Positions 36,907 through 48,214 of a stretch of 64,000 nucleotides of DNA are shown here, piece after piece (positions within the stretch are counted from its first letter, which is position 1; each line of letters begins with the position of its first letter). The notes beneath the pieces were generated by a model that was not told the DNA's origin, did not search any database, and saw only the letters and a list, made by a program, of their open reading frames with translations. The DNA is taken from NCBI GenBank assembly GCA_010909165.1, contig MU008189.1, forward strand, positions 310,001 through 374,000. Reading direction: 5' to 3'. Both the position numbers and the translations under genes were made by a program. This DNA comes from Anthoceros angustus (lineage: Eukaryota > Plantae > Anthocerotophyta).

Positions 36907-38129
36907 TCATTTTAAAGAGGAAAACAATGAGTAAACCGGCTGAAACCCTAAGCGAAAATGGGAAGTGATACATGGTGACATACAATGACTTACATCTTGA
37001 ACACTTTTGGAATCACGCATAAGGCCGATTTCAACTGGGCAGCTCGACGAGGCATTATCTTGGCAGCATCCATTATCGGCGGAGATGTGTGTTGATGTCA
37101 TCGTTTATGTGCAAATGAGGTTTCTTGGTGACCAAAAGCGTATGTGCATATCTTATTCGTCCTTTGTTGCACATAGAATCCATCCTCTTGCACAGGAATC
37201 CCCTCAATACCATTGTAACCGTTAATCCATAAGGCCGGTAGTGGAATCCAAGGCACTGGATCTTGGGTTCTTCTTCGCAACAACGCTCCACTCTTTATGT
37301 CATGTTGTACCGCCGGAAGAGAATCCGGAGCTTTTCACCGGCCTCCACAAAGTTAAAAGCATGAGGAATCGCGGTGTTGCATTTCCACGAGGTTGGTGCT
37401 CCCTCGGCCATCAATGTCTTCATATCCTCTCCTGACTACCCTTTGAGGTGGACGTCCGGACACTACCATGAGAGGATTCTCTCAATTGCATAATAGCGGT
37501 GGGGTTCTGTTACCACATTCGGGGATCCATCCCCTCATCCGTCGCGCCCTTGCAGCGATCCTGCTGCTCTTGCAGCCGCCGCATTTTTCCGCTTCGATGC
37601 GTGGCGGCCTCCAGCAGTGAGGGGTCGATCTCTGCATGCTTATTGCTCCGTAGCGTCCTCGCGATCACCATCCTGCAATCTTCAAAAACCTCTGCGGGAA
37701 GTTGGCGGGAGGAAGTAAGAGAATTGTCCGGACTCTCGAACTCTTGATGAAAAGGAGAGGCTCGAGCTTACGTGGAAATGAAATATGGATGTTTGAAGCG
37801 CATCAACGGGATTACGATAAAGCCTTAACACACCGCTAGTTACGCTTGGCTCAAGTTGTAGCAACGGTTGGGTTCAACACGGTCATCATTCATTTAACCT
37901 CAAATGCCTAAAATAGGCCCATTACAAATTCGATGCATCCACCTCATCTTATGCCGTCATTTTCTAAGATGTGCACTCTCATTCAAGGTCCATCGATTCT
38001 GCAATTCTTATCATCCCCCTCGCAATTATAAATCATCCAACACCACACGGTACCACCTTATGTCACATGTCTATAATTGTGGGTGTGACTTTGATCTTGA
38101 TTCAAAGTGCGTTCTTCCCTCGCATGCAG

Positions 38130-39345
38130 GTAGCTCTTGAAAATTTGCCGATGTTGAAGCGGTGGAAGGAGTTCTTGAAGTCAAAGGACTTGGATGCTAT
38201 CGTTAGGCGAGCGAGATTCCTCCCGATATGCAACACTCGGTCGAGGCATCAGCGCGGTTCCACTTGAAATGCCTATCGGCGGTCAAGGTATTCAAGTTGA
38301 AGAGGAGAACTAGATGAAGGTGCAAACTCGTGCGGAAATCGATTGCATTCAAAGGCTCTTGAACATGATTCCGGATGTGTGTTATTCGTCTGCGGTGCAC
38401 GGCCTCCACCACTTCCGCGATAAGCGCATCCATTCCAAAGACACCTGCCCGTTTCAGTATGTTGGATTCCATTCACGGAAGTCCTTCTCCGCCAGGACAG
38501 GCCTCGCCGTACATCCCGGCCATCCGCAAGACTACTCCTCTGGGAAGTGCTCCACGCCGGGACGACACGCCGAATTCGGATATGGCCGCTTCCGTTGGGG
38601 TGAATGCCAACTCGGTTTGCAGACCGGTTGTATCTAGAAGATACCTGTTTCCACCTGCTGTGGCCCCAGCACGTTCGGTGGAACCTGTTGTGGAGGAAGA
38701 GGACTCAGATGACAGTGCATTTGAACATCCACCTCCAAAGGCGTACATACAATTTGAAGCCCGGGTCCGAATCATTTATCGAGCATGGCGACCACCACGT
38801 AGGCCAAGTAGGCGGCAATCTAAAGTGCACGAGATGAAATGTGAAGAGGTTCGTATTACGTGATTTTAAAACTGTTGTGGTAGACAATGCTTGAGGACAA
38901 TAGGGAAGGCAACCTTTTGAGATTTGAGGTATCGGTTCCTTAGAATGTGCGAGGAGGCGGAGATGCACCTACAATCCCTTTTGATGTCGATTATGAGGCG
39001 ATGGAAGGGTTAGGGTAGACTCGTTTCTTGTCGGACGAGGAAAAGTGTATTGTTGTAGAGGCCTTGAGCGTTTATTGTATCGGGTCTGGCAGTGCAGAAG
39101 CGGCGAGGCGATCGGAAACATTGCGTGATGCGCGCCTTCGTCTGGCCAAGATCGACATCTTTGCTGTGACTCTGGCGTGGATGAACCAACTTTATGCTTA
39201 TTGCCGAGAGAATGCCAAACATTGAAGTGTATCACCTTCCTGACTCTTACTCAAAAGGCGAGGTGTTTCAAGAATACAAGCAACATATGCGGCCTTTCGG
39301 TCTGATGTTTCTCATTCCTACTTTTTGTCGACTTTGGAGCTCTTG
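38130..39345 (+). pseudogene. N-terminal half of a CMC (CACTA/Mirage/Chapaev)-type transposase, disrupted; catalytic core absent
   Basis: NCCGRQCLRTIGKATF.DLRYRFL (about 38870-38940), then LAWMNQLY..AERMPNIEVYHLPDSYSKGEVFQEYK..PTFCRLW (39170-39340). This Cys-rich plus MP-x-HLP-x-K-x-TF-x-LW pattern is recalled from DUF7869-associated transposases. Confidence 0.6.
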
Positions 39346-39954
39346 TAGACTTTCGCTGATGGCCAGCCGGGCGCGCACAATCCCGTGTCGTTGTAGGAAG
39401 AAGTCCGTTCCCAAGGGAATGGTTTCGTGCTTAATGCTGAGCTCTGACCCTATCGCTGAGCGGACTTCATCATGTTGGGTCCGGCGGCTCCACAACCCTA
39501 AGTGTGTGGCCCTCCACAACTCGTCGGACCAGACGCGCAGCCACCGGACCTTCCCACAAACCCCGCCCGGGTTTCTCCAGTACCACCGGAACAGGTTTAG
39601 CGACGCGTTCCTCCGTCGGTCTACGTACTCTAGCGGCCCAGCGCTCCTCAACTCTGTCCGGCCACAACTCCACCTCAACACACACGCCGCAACGCGACCC
39701 TCCTCTTGTCCATCACCGTAGTCACAACACCGCCGATGTATTCACACCGGGCCGCCTTTGCCCCTTAGGGCTTCACGTTCAGAAGCGCTTGCGACTACAA
39801 CCCACGCTCCGTTCAGCCTCAGGATGGCTTCCTTGAGTCACCCCAAGCGCCTCCTAATCCCCTCAGAGCCTTCACGTTACAAGTGGCTTCCCTGCAACTC
39901 CAGCCTCCGTTCAGCCTCAAGGATGGCTTCCGCGGTCACCCCAGCGCCTCCTAA

Positions 39955-40179
39955 TTGTAAACGCCAACGTTGTAAATGACGCTAAACGGCTACCCGGACA
40001 CCTTACCCGTCCGGTTAGGTGACGTGGCGGCCACGTCAGAACTTGCTGACGTGGCAACCTTGCCGCCACGTCAGCATTTTACAACCTAGTTGTACATAAA
40101 CGTAAATGCCCGCTTTTACAACGTGAGGTTGTAAATTACGTTGTAAAATGCGCTGTAAAACACCGCGATTCTTGTAGTG
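39955..40179. mobile_element. CACTA element terminus: TIR plus subterminal repeats
   Basis: Ends ...CACCGCGATTCTTGTAGTG at 40179, whose reverse complement is CACTACAAGAATCGCGGTG. It is preceded by direct and inverted TTGTAAA/TTTACAA and GACGTGGC/GCCACGTC motifs. Confidence 0.9.
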
Positions 40180-40559
40180 CACATCAGCGATATAAATTTG
40201 CTCTCCCTAGTGTAAAACAGTCCACCCCGAGTGACATGCCATTACGCAATGTATATGACCGCCCCAGATGTAAAAATCCGCCTCCATAGTTATCGAAAAC
40301 ATGACATCGCGACAAAGATCAAGGCGAGTAATACGCTGCCCCCGGACAACGGGCCAAAATGGGATCCAGAATCGTCGATGGCGGCTCGACAACCGCACGT
40401 GGAAAAAGAAGAGGCTAGAGGATGAGCTAAACCGAGGCGGACCTCATCGCAATCGAAAGGACTGTGCGATTCGAACGCCGAATGCAGGCCGAGCCAAAAA
40501 GCCGTGAACCCGCCTTTCCTCGAATAGAACGCAGGCAGCCCGCCAAGACCGGGATGGAG

Positions 40560-40990
40560 GAGTCCAATGAGGACCCTCTGCCAAGAATATTGCTTCTCCG
40601 GAGAGAAGCTTGAAGGCCATGCAACCCTTCCTTAGAGAAAGAGGAGAAAGGAGGCATGGCTTCCTAGCCTCAAAAGGAAAGGGAGTCCCTAGCCCGCCTA
40701 AGAGAGACTCGAAGGCCCTCCTCAACACTCGAGACGAAGGCTTCCCGGAAGGGGAGTCCTGACAAGAATCGAGAGGCCAAAAAAGCGAGGGCCCAACTCC
40801 CGAGGAAAGCCGCCAGAGCCGAGGCCTCCATGGCCGCAGTTGCCTCCAAAGGCCACTAACAATGATGCTGTTTCCATGCCAAGTCACCGCCGACGATTCA
40901 AAGGTGCCGGACGATAATGTCCCCAAGCGCCTACATANCAACCGCACCGCAGCTTCCTGGCGTCGCCCGAGCCCCGATCCCACTTCACAA
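40560..40990 (-). mobile_element. Possible CRE-like RT C-terminal fragment
   Basis: Minus frame ASALAAFLGSWALAFLASRFLSGLPFREAF resembles the A-x-x-LGSWA motif downstream of the RT in CRE-type elements. There is a single N at 40938. Confidence 0.35.
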
Positions 40991-43900
40991 GGCGGCTAGC
41001 AACCGGCCCCATACTAAAGCTAGATTCAAAATCAAGGGTGCACCAAACCGTGGCCAAAAATGAACCCTTTTATCACCACTCACCCCGGTCAATGACCACT
41101 TTCTTGCCCGTTTTTCACCTACGAAGGTTAGTTCTCACCTCGCGATTAATTTTCCTACTAGGATTTTTACAGAGTAGACATTTTTCATATTCATTCCCAT
41201 ATATTTAAAACTCCATCAATTTCATATTTCATTAAATATCATCAAATATTCTTTTTCCATAATTATTTTATCCTAAGCTCAAAATTTACTCAAGAAGTAA
41301 ATCAGCTTTAATTTTACTGGGAATCATTGTCCATATTTTCTTTTGCTAGTTCTATAGCCCTCAACACTATCTACAACTTTGCTTCACATTGTATAGTGAA
41401 AACACGACTTGAAGGTCCTCATTTTCAAATCCTTGTCGAAACTATTTTACGAAGTTTGTCATTTTATATCTCCTTCATGAAAATCCAATGACAATGAAAC
41501 TTGGTCCATGTACTTCATACTACTTTTGAGACTACTCAAAAAAAAGTCTATTACTATTGTCATGTGTGAGATATTTCAAATTCCTCTAAAGGTGACAAAA
41601 AGTGACACGTTGCCCTTGTTTCGTCTGTTACCACTGTTAGTGAATACTCAAACCATGCATGCACCCAGAGGGACAGCAATCCTTGGATAGTGTTTGGCAG
41701 CCTTCCACGACCCCTGACGACGACGACACAAGACTAAACGAAGACACTAGGGCCTTGGGGGAGAACGATAGCCGATGAAGAGGAAGTGGGCGCATTAAAT
41801 CGCTATTGTGATGGATTCGAGTTACTCTACCCCGGACGAGTCCCAAGTTAGCCTTAGGGAGTAGGCTTAGTGGTCTCATGTCATGTGCATCTGCCGCCAG
41901 CTTAGTTCGCAATCACTTATGGACCCGTTGCATTGAGGCAATTGATGTCTTGATTTCCCTTGTTCAAAGAATCAATGAAAAGCGCGGCCGGCGCCCGCCA
42001 CCGCTTTCATGTCTTTGTTGTGCGATAACAGTTTTTCTCAATACCTACTCGTTGGAACATGGTCGACCTTTTTTTAAAAAGAGCCAAAACGCGTATTTCG
42101 GGACTGTGTGAATTGTGCCAAGGGGGTTTTCATTTCACGGAAGGGGGTTCGGATATTCACACCCTTCACAAGATATCGTGTTGCCGGTAGAAAGGCTTGG
42201 TGGATTGGGTGGGAAGGAGGGCAAGAGAGGTTACGGAGAAGAGAACGGAGAGAATGGCGTTGAAGACGGATCTCAGTGGGCAGAAGGAAAGCTTCAAATT
42301 CAAGGGCCTCAGTGGAGGTGGTTGAACGCCCGATGGTGCCTTACAAGCAAGGCGTTGAACCGGTGAAGATGTTGAATATATCGTGCCCGCCATTAAACCA
42401 AACACCACAGCCATAATCGAGTTTAGGCAAAACAACGGTAACATATAGTTGTCGCGGAGGTTAGCTTTGAGTCCCCAAACAGAGGTACCAAGGAGATAAT
42501 AGGCGATGACGCATATGCGTAAGCACATTGCACATGGGTGTTCCAAGTTAACTTGGAGTCTAAGTAAAAGCCCAAGAATTTGACACACTCTGAGGGAGTA
42601 ATAAGGGAGCCATCGGGTAGAGAAAGAGTATACTCCTTAATATTTTCCTTGCGCTTGAGAGAAAAATGAATGAGCTCGAACTTGTTGAGATCAAACTCCA
42701 CGAGGTGCGTGGAGGCCCACTCTGAAGCTACATGTAGCATAGCTTGAAGCTTTTTTGTGGATTTCTTGCGAAGGAGCGTTGGCATATGATGTCATCAATC
42801 CAACCAGTGCTGCCGCCCATAGATTGAAGTTGAGAGATAAGGCCGAGGTGAAGAAACGAGAAAAAGAGGAGAAATAGGCGAACCTTGTGGTAACCCCTTG
42901 CAGACCGGCGCAGAGTGTCTGTGCCATCCAAACATAGTGAAGTTGCACGTTGAGATAAAAAGTGAAAGACCCAATGAATTCGATGCGTTGGAAGACCTTT
43001 CGCATAAATAAATAGGAGGACGATGATTAAGCGAGTCAAATGCACCCTTGATGTCCATAAGGAGAAGGGAAAGAACATGGCGTTGTCCCAAGCCCTGAAT
43101 ATCTTGTACTAGAAGAGTTGTTGCATCACTTGTACTCCGTCCTGGCCGACCCCCCAAGTGACCGTGGGGAAGAAGGCCAACATGAGTTTCAACCAAGAAA
43201 GAAAGTCGTGAGGCCATAAAACCCTCCAAAGCCTTGCCCAAGCAATTAAGAAGTGCAATAGGGCGATAAGAACGTGGCAGTGAATAGTTAGCCGGTTTAA
43301 CTTGCGGAGAATGACGGTAAGCGAGTGACGCCACGCTACAGGATGATAACCCAATATAGAGCACGCCTGAAAGATAGATAAATAAAAGCCTTTGAGGAGA
43401 TCCCACTCTCTCTGGAGAAACCCAGCAGCAATAGTGTCTGGGCCCGCCGCCTTCCACGCCTTAACACCAAAGATAGCCTTATGCACCTCGTGCAGAGTAG
43501 GGATCAGCCACTCGAATTGAGAGTTTGCTGAAGGTGGTAGGGGAGGGGTACCGGATGAAGAGGGAAACAAAGCAGATCGGAGGGCGCACATTTGTCGACA
43601 TGAGTGAACAAGTGACCCATCCCAAAGTAAATGGGGGTGAAAGAAGGGAAGCGATAGTAGAGCGATAAATCCTCCAAATAAGTCGCTAGCCTGCAAAATG
43701 TCTTCAATGGTCCTTCTTGGCCATTTTAACCATGAAAGTACTCATTCACGGCTCGAAAAATCGCAATGTCCGATGGGCTGGGTGGTGCGCATAATCCGTG
43801 CAGAGCTAGTCCCTTACGCAAAGAAGACAAGGTAAGAGACCACCAAGGTTTGCGGAGGTGAGGCGCTGAGGTAGAGGCGGAAATTGCCCTTTGGAGAGAG

Positions 43901-44780
43901 AGGGTGACTGCGCAACTAGGTGATCAATGAGGGGTCGAGGAGACCTAAACCGACCAAGTTAGTGGAAATTTCAGCAGCTAAAGTGGAGGAAAATTTGACC
44001 CCGTCAATAGCTCTAACATTAAGGCGGGGTGGAGCGGAGGAGGGTTGTGAGGAGGGAGGAATAGTGAGGATTAAACCAATAACTTGGTGGTCAGACCCTG
44101 CCTCAAGATCAGGAAGAATGTCACAGAAGTCTACCAAGTGACGAACATCATTAGAAGAAAGAGTTAGATCCAAAGTGGAAGCGTTATTGGAGGAAGGCAC
44201 ATAAGTGGGGCAATTTGGCGAAGTTAGGAGGAAGAGAGGAGTGGTGTTAATGAAGAGGACAAACTCATCAGCCGCCGAGGAAATAACTTCATTAGATGAA
44301 GAAGATTCCCACAAAGGATGATGGAGATTGAAATCCCTGAGAGTAAAACAATGGTGGGAGAGGAAGGAGGCATGGGGTGTGAGAATGCGAATGGTACTAT
44401 CGGAGTCAGGGGGATTGTAGAGATTAACAAAGTGAACGACGACCAAGAGACTTGGACACATTGGATATCAGGGTGATTAAAAAGGTTCCAGCGGGAAGAA
44501 ATACTACTAGAACAAAGACTTTTGTTAACATAAGTGAGGACCCTAGGGCGAGTAGGGAGGCTGGGAGAGGGGAGGATGGGAGTCCATTGCGGGTGCGAAA
44601 TCGCAGTGGAAGGGTTGATGACATATGGTTCTTGCAAGAAAAGAATGTCAAATGAAGAGAATAACATATTGAGAATAGTGGAGATGACGATACTGGATCG
44701 ATGGCAGTTGAGTTGGATAATCTCGAGAGTGTTCATGAGGGGACTGGCCGAGAGAAAACCTTGGAGTTGGCTGCAAACCG

Positions 44781-45096
44781 AGTGGGGCATGAAGGGTCAG
44801 AGGCTCGATGAGCACCTTGACAGTTGCAACATAGTGGGGCTGTCACCCTACAGTCAAAAGCCGAATGAGGCCCTGCAGTTCAAACACCGCACTCCGCAAA
44901 AGGTTTGAGTGTGACCAAAGCGTTGACATCGAAGCATTGAGTGGGGCATGAAGGGTCGAGGCTCGATGAGCACCTTGGCGGTTGCAACATAGTGGGGCTC
45001 ACCCTAGTCAAAAGCCGAATGAGGCCCTGCAGTTCAAACACTCACTCAACAAAAGGTTTGAGTGTGACCAAAGCGTTGACATCTGAAGCATTGAGT
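44781..45096. repeat. 159-bp tandem duplication at the LINE ORF1-ORF2 junction
   Basis: GTGGGGCATGAAGGGTC..GAAGCATTGA starts at about 44782 and again at 44941. Confidence 0.9.
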
Positions 45097-45963
45097 AGGG
45101 CGTGCATTGGGGACAAATGGAGTCACCCGCAGCATGCGACCTTGTAAAGCAAGCCCGCGACGAAAGATCGCAGAAGCGGATTCTTCGTCGGGGAGGGATA
45201 CCAGAACAGATGAATGACGACTGGTGGAGAGATCCTTGAGGAGCCACCGAGGTTCATCTTCAAAGGAAATATCGTTGTCTACGAGTACTTCTGACTTGAA
45301 TTCTTCCAGTGGTAAAGTCACAGGGACATCATGGACCAAGATCTGATGGCGGATGCGCGGAGTTGAAACCGCTGAGAAAGATGGAAAAGCTAGTGGACCC
45401 CATTCCGAAGCTGATTCGATGACTTTGGCGCGCACAGCCCCAGACTCAACAATAACACCAAGAGACGTGCGGAATTTTTGCACAGCTTGAATTGTAACTG
45501 GACCGACCCCAGCCGCAATGAGAGCCCCATTAATTTTGGTCTTCAGTTCTGCATGAGTCAGATCTTGGGGATAGTCTCCATTTGTGAACCTGACAAATAG
45601 ACGTTCCTCGGTAATTGGAGGCGGTCTTGATGGAGGAGTGCTACCGCCGCTAGAATGGATGGCCGCGGCATAAGATAAAGGACGAGCTACCTTGACCTCA
45701 GACTTCACTTCGTTGGAAGCAAAACGGATAACCTGTTTCAAGTCTTCATTGCATGTAAGCACTTGTTGTTGGATTGCTTCCAAAAGAGTGGCCTCCCCTG
45801 ATAGTGTGACAACAGCCCTCTCCAAGAGACCCTTCGCTTCATTCTTCTTGCATATGGAGATATTTTTAGGCTCCGCCTTGAGCATAGCAATAACATATTC
45901 GATCAATTGGATTGCCTCAGAGCGACCAGTATCAGGTGCCATGGTTGGGAGAGGAGGGGCCAT
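45046..45963 (-). CDS. LINE ORF1 (gag-like, CCHC zinc knuckle)
   Basis: Open 305-aa frame containing IRHQILVHDVP, PRWL and CFRCQRFGH. Confidence 0.85.
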   Translation of the reverse strand: MAPPLPTMAPDTGRSEAIQLIEYVIAMLKAEPKNISICKKNEAKGLLERAVVTLSGEATLLEAIQQQVLTCNEDLKQVIRFASNEVKSEVKVARPLSYAAAIHSSGGSTPPSRPPPITEERLFVRFTNGDYPQDLTHAELKTKINGALIAAGVGPVTIQAVQKFRTSLGVIVESGAVRAKVIESASEWGPLAFPSFSAVSTPRIRHQILVHDVPVTLPLEEFKSEVLVDNDISFEDEPRWLLKDLSTSRHSSVLVSLPDEESASAIFRRGLALQGRMLRVTPFVPNARPTQCFRCQRFGHTQTFC

Positions 45964-46303
45964 GGTTTGGTGCCAAGGCTAACACCACGGATATTATATA
46001 CAGAGCCTCTTGTTAGTCCATGCCATGACATCTCCCTACTAAGGTAAGGAGCCAAGTATGAGAGGCATGCAGCCCTCCATCTAGTTTAATAAGATATATG
46101 GTTAGTGGTAGTGAAGCTTAGCTTAGAGCTTATGGAAGGTAGTCTATTTTAAGTAGTTATTTGGGATGAAGTAAATCTTCCTAGTAAAGATAAAGAGCCT
46201 TGCGTGAGAGGCATGCAACCTGAATCTCATTCAATAATAGGCAGGCTACTTGGAGGCCTCCAATGCTGGTGTTTGGTAGTGTTGCTGCTTCCACCACCTC
46301 TCT

Positions 46304-46523
46304 AGAAAGGGGGTGTTACTACATACTTACATAAATAGTTTCCAATAAGAAAGGGGGTGTTACTACATACTTACATAAATAGTTTCCAATAAGAAAGGGG
46401 GTGTTACTATATACTTACATAAATAGTTTCCAATAAGAAAGGGCGTGTTACTACATACTTATATAAACAGTTTCCAATAAGAAAGGGCGTGTTACTACAT
46501 ACTTACATAAACAGTTTCCAATA
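46304..46523. repeat. 44-bp tandem array x5
   Basis: Unit AGAAAGGGGGTGTTACTACATACTTACATAAATAGTTTCCAATA at 46304, 46348, 46392, 46436 and 46480. Confidence 0.95.
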
Positions 46524-46751
46524 AGAATTTATGTTAGGTATTAGGTACTTAGTATTATTCTAGGATTGGTGTAGGCTCTGGGTACATACATGGATGTCTA
46601 AATGGAGCAGAAGCGAGGATGTTGCTTGACTTAGCAGCAACACATAATTTTATTTCTCCTAGCAAGGAGAGCAAGCTTGGTTTGACATGGGCTAGTACAT
46701 TTGAGCCATGTAGAGTGAAACAAGCTAAAGGAATGCTGCAACATCCACTCA

Positions 46752-48214
46752 AGTAACACCCCTCACTGCGCAGCTAGTAAGGAAGCGACAAGTGCTGGCT
46801 TCCCAGCGGTCTAGGACCTCGCCAATTCACTCCACAAGAGACTTGCATGATTCTCAACGCTCTCAACCTCACAACACAGCACTAGGCTCCAAGTAGCCCG
46901 CCGTTCACTGGCGACTCGCAGGCCACCTCCTCGAGGTGCTACTCTTTATTGCAAGAATAGAACGATGGAATCTGGCTATCTACGCCCAACTGGCTACTGC
47001 CCTTGATTCCATGACAAGCTCACTAGCTAGCTCTCCACAACTCTCTCAACACAAGGCTTGCAGCCACACTTGCCTGCTCTCTCAAAGAGTGAGTCCCACT
47101 TGTTCCTCAAAGCCCTTGCTCTAGCCCTTATATACCCCCAGACTGACCTTAACTAGGTAGCTTCAAGTAGGAGACAAGGTGTGGGTGAAATTGAAGAATT
47201 TCCCACTGCCGCAAGGGCTGACCTCAAAGTTTAGGCCTAAGTATGGAGGACCTTTCGTAGTTCTGAAGCGCATTGGAAATGTGGCTTACAAACTACAGAT
47301 GCCTGAATGAATCTTCTCTCATAATGTGTTTCATGTCTCTTTGCTGAAACCATTTGTGATTTCGAAAGACAATGAAGATATGAACAGAAAGGATTATGTC
47401 ATCCTGGTTCAACACAATCATAGTGCGGAGATTGTTGAATTCTGGCGGAGAGAAGCGCCCGTCTGTGGTAATGTACCGTAGTATCCGTAAGGCTTTGGTT
47501 ATCACCGGATCTTGCAGGTTTCACTTGAAGATGTGCAACAAGGATCATGCATGATCTCGCGTTACACTGGAGGTCATTGAGGACAATGACATCTTCCCAG
47601 TGGGGAAGAGAGTAACGGTACTGGTGAAACAAGGTAGAAAGGTGAGGAGTTGAAAAAGGTAAAAAGCTAAGTTAGTAGCTGCCCTGTTAAGAAGATGCAT
47701 GTGTTGCATGCTTCATGCAAACTCTTGTTAGAGAGGAATTGCTACAGCCACAAATGAAGAGCTGCCTAGAGAGGACTCTTAGTGATTAGTGGCCTGTAAA
47801 AATCCCTAGTTTTAACAGCTGCCTAGTTAAGGTCAGTCTGGGGGTATATAAGGGCTGGAGCAAGGGCTTTGAGGAACAAGTGGGACTCACTCTTTGAGAG
47901 AGCAGGCAAGTGTGTCTGCAAGCCTTGTGTTGAGAGAGTTGTGGAGAGCTAGCTAGTGAGCTTGTCATGGAATCAAAAGGGCAGTAGCCAGTTGGGTGTA
48001 GATAGCCAGATTCCATCGTTGTATTCTTGCAATAAAGAGCAGCACCTCGAGGAGGTGGCCTGCGAGTCGCCAGTGGACGGCGGGCTACTTGGAGCCTAGT
48101 GCTGTGTTGTGAGGTTGAGAGCGTTGAGAATCGTGCAAGTCTCTTGTGGAGTGAATTGGCTGGGAAGCCAGCACTTGTCGCTTCCTTACTAGCTGCGCAG
48201 TGAGGGGTGTTACT
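46752..48214 (+). mobile_element. Rearranged Ty3/Gypsy remnant: inverted partial LTR, integrase C-terminus, PPT, full LTR
   Basis: 46752-47161 is the reverse complement of 47818-48214. The middle encodes VGDKVWV..RPKYGGPF..VAYKL..HNVFHVSLLKPF. PPT AGTGGGGAAGAG at 47599-47610; LTR 47611-48214 with AGTAAC..GTTACT ends. Confidence 0.85.

Larger units (their letters stand above)
42115..45990 (-). mobile_element. Near-full-length LINE (Tad1/I-like): ORF1 with zinc knuckle, ORF2 APE endonuclease plus RT, frameshifted
   Basis: ORF1 ends RPTQCFRCQRFGHTQTFC. ORF2 has LEIIQLNCHRS..DILFLQEPY, DFNLHHPLW, TLDLT..GSDH, KAAGPDTI, YRPIALLNCLGKALE, GGRPGRSTSDA, DIKGAFD and GLPQGSPISP. Confidence 0.92.

Noticed and set aside
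46304-46523. Regularly spaced 44-bp repeats as a CRISPR array
   Set aside because: The units are head-to-tail with no unique spacers, there are no cas genes, and the context is eukaryotic.
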